Shown here one piece after another: positions 53,201-64,000 of a stretch of DNA of 64,000 nucleotides. The position numbers and the translations under genes were made by a program. Every line of letters begins with the position of its first letter. Position 1 is the stretch's first letter. The notes beneath the pieces are model-generated. The model saw only the letters and a list, made by a program, of their open reading frames with translations. It was not told the origin of the DNA and did no database searches. Location: NCBI RefSeq assembly GCF_009914755.1, contig NC_060929.1. One strand, 5' to 3'. This DNA comes from the human T2T-CHM13v2.0 reference genome, Homo sapiens.

Positions 53201-56200
53201 TATGGGGTTTAGATGTGTTGAACTTCGGGTACCTTGCTACATCTAAGTGGAGACTCCAGAAGGTAGTGGTAGATACAGACCTGGAGCTCAGAAGAGAGGT
53301 CTGGGCTAGAGATACAGATTTGGGAGTAATCTTCAAACAATGATAGTTAAAATCAGGCAAGTAGATGAGCTCACCAAGGGTGCATGTGAGAAACTGTCCA
53401 AGGAAAAGACCCTGTAGACATTTGCATTAAATGGATGGGTAGGAATAGGAGCCTGGGAATTGTTAGAGAGAACCATGGAGAACTAGATGACGATGCGTCA
53501 AGAGAACACTAAAAGGCAGTTGTGGGCAGCTGCGTCAAATGAAGCATACAGGGTCTGTTTCAAATAAAGATTTAGGATAGTAAATCAACCAAATCCAGAT
53601 GATTCGAATAGTCCTTTTTGCTGGGAACAGAAAGCAAAATGTTGAGCACCTTTTCATACACCCGTTTGTCATTTGTATGTCTTCTTTTGAGAAATGTCTG
53701 TTCAGATCTTCTGCCCATTTTTAAATTGGATTATTAGATTTCTTTTTCCTGTAGAGTTGTTTGAGCTCCTTGTATATTCTGGTTATAAATCCCTTGTCAG
53801 ATGGATAGTTTGCAAATATCTTCTCCCATTCTGTGGGTAGTCTCTTCACTTTGTTGATTGTTTCGTTTGCAGGCAGATGCTTTTTAACTTGATAATTACA
53901 TTTGTCCATCTTTGCTTTGGTTGCCTGTGCTTGTGAGGTATTACTCAATAAATCTTTGCCCACTCCAATGTCCTGGAGAGGTTCTCCAGTGTTTTCTTTT
54001 AGTAGTTTCATAGTTTGAGATTTCAGATTTAAGTTTTTGTTTTGATTTTTGTATGTGGTGAGAGGTAGGGGTCTAGTTTTATTCTTACCCAGTTTTCCTA
54101 GCACCATTTAATGAGGGCCTATCCTTTCCTGAGTGTATGTTTTAGGCACCTTTGTCAAAAATGAATTCACTGTAGGTGTATAGATTTGCTTGTGGGTTCT
54201 CTATTCTGTTCCATTGGTCTGTGAGTCTGTCTTTATGCCAGTACCATACTATTTTGGTTACTGTAGGTCTGTAGTGTTAATTTGAAGTCAGGTAATATGA
54301 TTCTTCCAGCTTTGTTCTTTTTGCTCAGGATAGCTTTGGCTATTCTGTGTCTTTTGTGATTCCATATAAACTTTAGGATTTTTTTTTATTTCTGTGAAGA
54401 CTGTCATTGGTATTTTGATAGGGATTGCATTAAATCTGTAGATTGCTTTGGGCAGTATGGACATTTTAACAATATTGATTCTTCCAATCCATGAACATGA
54501 GGTATCTTTTCATCTTTTTGTGTGTCTTCAATTTCTTTGATCAGTGTTATATAGCTTTCATTGTACAGATCTTTCATTTCTTTGGTTAATTCCTATGTAT
54601 TTTATTTTATTTATAGCTATTATAATGGGGTTACATTCTTGATTTTTTTCAGATTGTTCACTATTGGCATATAGAAATGCTACTGATTTTTTAATGTTGA
54701 TTTTGTATTCTGCAACTTTACTGAATTTGTCTATCAGCTTTAATAGTTTTTCAGTGGAGTCTAAGTTTTTTCAAACTTAAGGTCATATCATTTACAAAGA
54801 AGGATAATTGGACTTCCTCTTTTTGAATTTAGATGCCCTTTCTTTCTTTCCTTTGTCTGATTGTTCTAGCTAGAACTTCCAGTACTATGTTGAATACCAG
54901 TGGTGAAAGTGGGCATCCTTGTCATGTTCCAGATTGTAAAGGAAAGGCTTTCAGTTTTCCCCCATTCAGTATGATACTAGCTGTGGGTCTGTTGTACATG
55001 GCTTTTATTATGTTGAGGTATGTTCTTTCTATATGTAGCTTTTTGAGTTTTTTTTGTTTTATCATAAAAGGATGTTGAATTTGTTATCAAATACATCTTC
55101 AGCATCAATTGAAATGATCATATAGTTTTTGTCTTTATTCTGTTGATATAATGTATTACATTGATTTGCATATGTCAAACCATTCTTGCATCCCTAGAAT
55201 AAATCCCACTTCGTCATGATGAATGATCTTTTTAATGTGTTGCTGAATTTGGTTTGCTAGTATTTTATTGAGGATTTTTATATCAATGTTTGTCAGGGAC
55301 ATTGGCCTGTGGTTTCTTTTTTTATGTGTCTTTGTCTAGTTTTGGTATCAAGGTGATACTGGTCTCATAGAATTAATTTGGAAGTATTCCTTCCTCCTTT
55401 ATTTTTTGGAATAGTTTGAGTAGGATTGGTGTTAGTTCTTTAAATGTTTGGCAAAATTCAGCAGCAAAACCACTGGGTCCCAGGCTATTCTTTGCTGGGA
55501 GACTTTTTATTATGGCTTCAATCACATTATTTGTTATTGGTCTGTTTGGGGTTTGGATTTCTTCATGGTTCAATCTTGGTAGATTATATGTGTCTAGGAA
55601 TTTATCAATTTCTTCTAGGTTTTTCAGTTTATTGGCATATTGTTGCTTATAGTAGCCTCTAATGATCCTTTGAATTTCTGTGGTATCAGTTATAATGTCT
55701 CCTTTTTCATCTTTGATTTTATTTACTTGGCTATTCTCTCTTTTTTTCTTAGCCTGGCTAAAGATTTGTTCATTTTATTTATCTTTTCAAAAAACCAACT
55801 TTTTGTTTCATTGATATTTTGTATTATTTTGTTTCAATCTCATATCTGCTCTGATCTTTATTATTTCTTTTCTTCTACCAACTTTGGGTTTGATTTGTTC
55901 TTGGTTTTCTAGTACTTTAAGATTGTTAGATCATTTATTTGAAGTTTTTCTACTTTCTTGATATAGGCACTTATAGGTATAAACTTCCTTCTTAGTACTG
56001 CTTTTGCTGTATCCCATAGGTTTTGGTATGTTGTGTTTCATTTGTTTCAATAAATTTTTCAATTTCCTTCTTAATATCTTCATTGACTCACTGGTCATTC
56101 AGGAGCATATTGTTTAATTTCCATGTATTTGTATAGTTTCCAGAATTATTCTTGTTATTGATTTCTAGTTTTGTTCCACTGTGGTCAGAGAAGGTACTTG

Positions 56201-57378
56201 ATATTATTTCAATTTTTTGAATGTTTTAAGATTTGTTTTGTGGCCTAACATATGTTCTATCCTTGAGAATGATCCATGTGCTAAGGAGAAGAATGTGTAT
56301 TCTGCAGCTATTGGATGAAATGTTAAGTAAATAACTATTAGGTTCATTTGGTCTATAGAACAGATAAATTCCAATGTTTCTTTATTGATTTTCTGACTGA
56401 ATGATGTGTCCAATGCTGAAAGTGGGGTATTGAAGTATCCAGCTATTATTGTTTTGGGTCTATCTCTCTTTAGCTCTAATAATATTTGCTGAACTGGGTG
56501 CTCCCAAATTGGGTGCATATATATTTACAATCGTTGTATCCCCTTCCTGAATTGACCCCTTTATCACTATATAATGACCTTCTCTGTCTCTTATTATAGC
56601 TTTTGTCTTGAAATCTATTTTGTCTGATATAGGTATAGCTATTCCTGTTCTTTTTTGGTTTCCATTTGTGTGGAATATCTTTTTCCATCCCTTTTTATTC
56701 AGTATATGTCTTTATTGGTGAAGTGTGTTTCTTGTAGGCAACAGATTATTAAGGTCATGTTTTTTATCCATTCAGCCACTTTATATCTTTTGATTTTGCT
56801 TTCTGGTTGTTTTGCGGTCTTCTCCTTCCTGTCTTCATTTTAGTGAAGGTGATTTTCTCTGGTGCTTTTTATTTGTGTATTCGTTGTATGTTTTTAGATT
56901 TGATGTTACCATGAAACTTGCAAATACTATCTTATAACTCATTGTTTTAAACTGATGACAACTTGATGCTGGTTGCATAAACAAACAAGCAAAAAGAAAA
57001 CTAATAAAAACTACACTTTAACTTCATCTCCCCCTTTTTAAGCTTTTTGTTGTTTCTGTTTATATCTTATACTGCCTATGTCTTGAAAAGTTGTTGTAGT
57101 TATTGTTTTTGATTGGCTCATCTTTTCATTTTTCTCCTTAAAATATGAACTGTTTACACACCACAATTATAATGTTATAATATTCTGTTTTTCTGTGTAC
57201 TTACTGAGTTTTGTACCTTCAGATGATTTCTTATTGCTCATTAACATTCTTTTCTTTCAGATTGAACTCCCTTTAGCATTTCTTATAAGGCAGGTCTGAT
57301 GTTGATTAAATCCCTCAGCTTTTGTTTGTCTTGGAAAGTCTTTGTTTCTCATTCACGTTTGAAGGGTATTTCCACTGA

Positions 57379-57893
<515 letters not shown>

Positions 57894-58170
57894 AGGTAGG
57901 TCTTCTTTAGGTTAAATCTGCTTGGTGTTCTAAAACCTTCTTGTACTTGAATGTTGATATCCTTCTTTAGGTTTGGGAAGTTCTCTTTTATTATCCCTTT
58001 GGATGAACTTTCTACTCCTATCTCACTCTACCTCCACTTTATGGTCAATAACTCTTAGATTTGCCCTTTCAAGGCTATTTCCTAGATCTCATAGGTGTGC
58101 TTCATTCTTTTTTTATTCTTTTTTCTTTTGTCTCCTCTGTGTATTTTCAAACAGCATGTCTTCAAGCTAA

Positions 58171-58532
<362 letters not shown>

Positions 58533-60779
58533 TGTTACTCACATTTTTCAACTCCAGAATTTCTGCTTGATTCTTTTTTAATTGTTTCAATCTCTTTGTT
58601 AAATGTATCTGATAGGATTCTAAATTCCTTCTCTGTGTTATCTCAGATTGCTTTGAGTTTCCTCAGAACAGCTATTTTGAATTCTCTGTCTGAATAAACA
58701 CATATCTCTGTTTCCCCAGGATTGGTTCCTTGTGCTTTATTTAGTTCATTTGACGAGGTCATGTTTTCCCAGATGGTCCTGATACTTATGAATGTTCATC
58801 AGTGTTTGGCCATTGAAGAGTTAGGTGTTTATTGTATCTTTGCAGTCTGAGCTTGTTTGCACCTGTTCTTCTTGAGAAGGCCTTCCAGGTATTTGAAGGG
58901 ACTTTGGTGTCGGTATCTAAGCCATATCTATGGTAGGGCACACCTCAAGCCCAGTAATGCTGTGGTTCTTGGAGACTTGTAGGGGTTCTGCCTTGGTGGT
59001 TTTGGATAAGATATGGAAGAATTCTCTGGATTACCAAGCAGTGACTCTTGTTCTCTTCCCTTACTTTCTTCCAAAGAAATGGAATCTTTTTCTCTCTGTG
59101 CTGAGCTGCCTAGAGCTAGGGGAGGGGTGACACAAGCACCCCTGTGGCCACCACTACTGGGACTGTGCTGAGTCAGACCTGAAGCCAGCACAGCATGGGG
59201 TCTTGCTCAAGTCCTGCTGTAACTACTACCTGGCTACTGTTTGCATTTGCTCAAGGCCCTAGGGTTCTTACCACCTACGATCAGTAGGTGGTAAAGCCAG
59301 CCAGGTTTGTGCCCTTGCCTTTAGGGCAGCAACTTCCCTCAGGCCCTGGGTGGGTCCACAGATAGTGTCAGGGAGCCAGGACCAGGAGTCAGAAACCTTA
59401 GAAATCTATGTGGTGCTCTATTCTACTGTGGCTGAGCTGGCACTGAAACCACACGACAAAGTCCTTCCCACTCTTCCCTCTCCTTTCCCCAGGCAGAGGA
59501 GTCTTTCCCCATGTCAACCATCATCACAGGCCCACAAGGAGCAGTGCCAGGCTACTGCCAACGTCCACTTAAGGATCAAGGACACTTTTAGGCAGTTTGT
59601 GGTGAAGGCTACGAGTCCTGAATCTCTCCCTTCAGGGCAGTGGCTCCCCTCTGGCCCAGGGTAGGTCTAGAAATGCTGTCTAAGAGCCAAGGCTTGGAAT
59701 CAGGGATCCCAAGAGGCTGTTTGGTGCTCTACTGTGGCCAAACTGGTATCTAAGCTGCAAGACAAAGTCCCCTTTACTCTTCTCTCTGCTTTTCTCAAGC
59801 AGAAGGAGCCTCTCCTTGTAGCCACCACAGCTGTGAATGTGCTGGGTCACACCTGAAGCCAGCACATCTCAGAGTCTCACCCAAAGCTTACAACACTGCT
59901 GAGTATTCAGGGCCCAAGAGCTCTTTAGTTAGCAGGTGATGAATCCTGCCAGGACTGTGTCTTTCCCTTCAAGACAGTGGGTTCCCTTCTGGTCTAGGGT
60001 GTATCTGGAAATGTCATTTAGGAGATAGGGCCTGGGATGGGGCCCTCACAACTCTGCCTGGTGCCTATCCTACTGTGGCTGAGCTGGTATCCAAGTTGCA
60101 AGACATAGTCCTCTTTACTTTCCCCTATTCCCAAGCAGAGGGAAGGGGCGTCTTTTAGAGCTGTGAGCTGCACTGCCTGGGGTTGGGGGAGGGGTGGTGG
60201 AAGCACTCCATTAGCTGCCTCAGCTGGTGTCTCTCTAGGTCACATGCCCCTCAAGTCTACTAGCTCTGAGCCCAACACAGCACTAGGACATACAGTCCTT
60301 GTGGCCTAGACTGCCTTTCAAGTTTATTTAGAGCACTTTAGCCCATGGTGGTCAGGTTTGCTGACACTCAGGTTTTGACCACTGGGATGGGTGATTCCCC
60401 TCTGGCTAGGGCTTGTCTAAATGCTCCCTCTGTGGGTGTCCACTGAGTTCTGTCTGGCGTTGGCAGCACTGAGTTCCAATGCAAAGTCCCACAATTGCTG
60501 TACTCTCCCTCCTCCAAGCATACAGATTTCCTCTGCACAGTACATGTCTGCTGCTGGGGGATGGGAGAGGGGTAGCATGGCAATTCAGGACTGTCTTTTC
60601 TACCCTCTTCAGTGTCTCTTTCAGTGATATTAAGTTAAAACTAGGTACTGTGATCACTCACTTGATTTTTGTTTCTTATGAAGATGTTTTTTGTGTAAAT
60701 AATTGTTAAATTTGATGTTCCTGTGGGGAGGATGATCAGTGGAGGATTTTATTCAGCCATATTGCTCTGCTTCCCTCCC

Positions 60780-61079
60780 TTTTTGTTTTTTGTTTTTGAT
60801 ATGGGGTCCTGCTCTGTCACCTGGGCCGTAGTGCAGTGGTGTGATCATAGTTTACTGCAGCCTTAAACTCCTAGCCTCAAGTGATCTTCTTGCCTCATCA
60901 TCCTGAGTAGGTAGGACCACAGGTGCATGCCACCATGCCCAGCTAGTAAAAAAAAAAATTGTAATAGATAAGATCTTACTATGTTGCCCAGGCTGGTCTT
61001 GAACTCCTGGCCTCAAGCAATTCTCTGACATCAGCCTCCTGCATAGGTGGGATTACAGGCATGAGCTACCATCCCCAAC
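60780..61079 (-). mobile_element. Alu (AluJ-like) abutting the L1 5' end
   Basis: Diverged antisense dimer whose tail touches the L1 5' terminus. Confidence 0.9.
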
Positions 61080-63950
61080 TTAGTTCTGTTTTTGTTTTAT
61101 GTATTTTGAATCTCTGTTATTAGGTTCATAAATGTTTCAGATTGTTATGTCTTCATATTAAACTGACCCTTTAATCATTATTAAATTACCCTTTTTATTT
61201 CTGATATTTTTGTTTTAAAATCTTTCTGAAATTAATACTAGCATTGCAATTACAATTTGTTTCTTGTTTTTTTTTTGTATCAGCATTGTATAATCTTTTC
61301 CTATCCTTTTACTTCAAACTTCTTTGTGTTTTCATATTTACAGTGCACTTCTTGTGCGCAGTGTATAGTTTGATGTTGGCTTTTTATCCAGCCTGACAAC
61401 CTCTGCCTTTTAGTTGGAGTGTTTAAGCCAGTTGTGTTGAATGTGATTATTGAGATCACTGGATTTAAATGTGCCACCTTGCTATTGTCCTCTATTTATC
61501 TCTTCTATTTTTGTTTCCTTTTTCCTCTTTGTCTTCTTTTGAACTAATTGAATATTTTTAAAACTCCATTTTATCTTCTCTGTTGGCTTATTAGCTAACA
61601 TTTTTTGTTTTAATTTTTAAATAGTTTTAGGGTTTTGTGTGTGTGTCTGTGAAGTGAGTGTATTTTTAAAGTTATCACAGTCTACTTTTATGTAATATTA
61701 TACCATTTCATATATAGTATAAGAACGTTACAATAATATTTATTGATTTTTAAACTCCCAAATTTGTGCTAATTTTCTCCTGCATTTTACTTAATGTATG
61801 TGTTGAAATCCCCACAATATGGTGTTATTTTTGCTTTAAACAGTCAGTTTGATTAAAAAAATAAAAAATTCCTCATATTTACCCATAGATTTACAATTCA
61901 TGGTACTTTTCACTTCTTTGTGTCAATTCAGATTTCTACTTCACGCTATTTCTCTCCTGCCTGAAGACATCCTTTAGCATTTCTTACAGTGCAGGTCTGC
62001 TGAGGATGGATTCTTTCACCTTGTTAAAAGAAAAAACCTTAGACAAATTACATTTAATAGAGTTTAATTGAGCAAAGAATGATTCAAGAATTGGGCAGCA
62101 CCTGAAACAGAATAGGTTCAGAGAGACTCTAGCACAGCCATACGGTAGGAGAAAATTTATGGACAGAAGAGGGAAAGTGATGTGCAGAAAACAGAAATGA
62201 GGTACAAAAACAGCCAGATTGGTTACAGCCCTGCATTTAGCTTATTTGAACACAGTTTGAACAGTTGGCTGCCTTTGATTGGCTGGAACTCAGTGATTGG
62301 CTCATGAGTAGGTTATACATCCCGTTAGGTTAGAGTTCACTGTGTACAGAGAAACTGTTAGGCCAAACTTAACATGTGTAAAGAGGCAGCTTTAGGCTAA
62401 TGTTAACAACCTTTTGCATGCTGAACAAGTTTTTGTGTCAACTTATTTTTTAAAGATATTTTTGCTGGCTATAGAATTATACATTAATTTTTTTTTCTTC
62501 TCTTAGTTCTTTAAAGATGTGCTACCACTGAACTCTGGTTTACTTTGTTTCCAACAAGGTGTCTGCCATCATTCTTGTTCCTCTACATAGAATGTGGCTT
62601 TTTTTCTGTAGCCACTTTTAAGATCTCTTTTCTCATTGGTTTAAATCAATTTGACTGTGATGTGTTTGGTGTAGGTTTATTCATGTTTATTGTGCTTGTT
62701 GTTCTTTGAGCTTCTTTAGTCTGTGTTTAGAGTTTTTGTTAAATTTGGAAATTTTCTAATCATTATTTCTTCAAATATGTTTTCTTTCTCCTCCCTCCCC
62801 ACTTCATGGTCTCCAATTATATGTATTTTAGTCACTTGAGGTTGTCCCACAACTTGCTGATGCTTTGTTCAATTTTTTCATTGTTTCATTTTGGATAATT
62901 CTGTTTCTGTATTTCTGAGTTTACTAGTATTACGTAGTTTCTAATCTGCTGTTAATCTCATCTAGTGTATCTTAAAAAAACCCTCAGATATTGTATTTTG
63001 TAATTCTCTGGGTTCAATTTAAGTCGTTTTAACATCTTCCATGTTTCTGTTTTCCAAGCTTAAATGTAAAGTAATTTCAGCATGTAAAAATAATTTAGAA
63101 TTTTACCTTGTTGGGTGCTGATTATTTTGGTATTCTGTAGATATTCTTGATCTTTGTTCTTAGACGCACTTCAGTTACTTGGGAACAATTTCTTTCAAAG
63201 CTTGATTTTTAAGCTTTGTTGGAGATCAGCCTTTTCTCCAGAGATAATTTTGAGCATTCCTGAAGCAATATCCTTCTGAGTACTTGATGCCCTGGGAATG
63301 TTACTCCCTCCACTGCTTTCCACCAGGCTCTTAGAAACACAAACGATTTTCTCCTTGTTTGAGCTCTAGGGATTTTTTTTTTTAATCATTCAGATGTTTT
63401 TTCCTGGCCCTTGGTTGGTTTCTCCCTATACATATGTTGATCATTACTTAGCTGAAGACACAAATAGACCTACCTACAGATCTTCAAAGCTTTTTCTCTG
63501 TGCACCTCTTTTCTCCACACTCTGTCCTGCCATCTTGGCCTCAGTGGACTCCCAGCTTCATCAACTCAACTCAGACCACTGGGTTTGGCTTCCCTCTACT
63601 TGAGCCTGTACACTTTTTCAAGGCAGTAAGCTGGGGCACTCATAGGGCTTACATCCTTTGTTAATAAGGGATCACTAACCTGCACTGCCTGATGTCCAAT
63701 GTCTGAACTCCCCCCGCCCACCACCCCCCACACACGTGCACATACACATATACATATCTAGTTTTTTGTTGTTTCAGGTGGGATGGTAAACACAGTTCCT
63801 GTTATTAAATTTTGGCCCAAAGTAGAAGTCCAGTGTCATAATTTTTTGCCTGTCTTTTTTGGCTGTATAGTTTTTGCTGATAATATATTTTAGTTACTAC
63901 AAAAAAATTGACCATGTAAACACATTGCTAAGGTCCCTCCCAGAATTTTG
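61080..63950 (-). mobile_element. Continuation of old L1 (L1M) host, 5' part, highly diverged
   Basis: atgtattttgaatctctgttattaggt; ccagcctgacaacctctgccttttagttgg; gatatttttgctggctatagaatt. Confidence 0.6.
62022..62408 (-). mobile_element. Solo ERV1 LTR (MER57-like)
   Basis: TGTTAA...TTAACA termini, 4-nt TSD ACCT (62018-21 and 62409-12); reverse-complement start tgttaacattagcctaaagctgcctc resembles MER57. Confidence 0.8.
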
Positions 63951-64000
63951 GAAGGGGTTGGTACAAATGAGGGGTTTCTGAAACTTAAACATTATTAGCT

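Noticed and set aside
53721-56688. ORFs resembling endonuclease / reverse transcriptase pieces
   Set aside because: Fragmented L1 ORF2 remnants with stops and frameshifts; not an active element.
59100-60260. ~330-nt imperfect tandem units (ctactgtggctgagctgg...caagacaaagtcc)
   Set aside because: Consistent with the internal repeats of old L1M 5' UTRs; not CRISPR-like (no unique spacers, eukaryotic context).

Overview
Primate (very likely human) genomic DNA containing the complete + strand splicing-regulator gene SREK1 (SFRS12/SRrp86). I reconstructed by hand a CpG-island promoter and 12 coding exons with GT-AG junctions (ATG 5589 to TAG 40080). They splice in frame to 624 aa: RRM1, linker, RRM2, RS, EK-rich, RS/charged tail. 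An internal Met117 (20484) would give 508 aa. The long 3' UTR has several poly(A) signals. Introns and flanks hold Alu, L1, L2/MIR, hAT and Tigger DNA transposons, a near full-length Tigger1, a near full-length L1MA-type element and a solo ERV1 LTR; subfamily names come from recalled consensus sequences and repeat boundaries are approximate. The most interesting signals: (1) stop-containing cassette exons in introns 2 and 6, and possibly 7; (2) in the intron-2 exon isoform, a double AUGA stop/start overlap leading from the RRM1 ORF through a 26-codon ORF to Met117; (3) inverted AluY copies bracketing exons 2-3; (4) a tailless 5S rRNA retro-fragment with target-site duplication (TSD); (5) a 1.3-kb polyadenylated, TSD-flanked insert of older repeats inside a younger L1. 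No prokaryote-type system is present, and the novel-mechanism claims are hypotheses.
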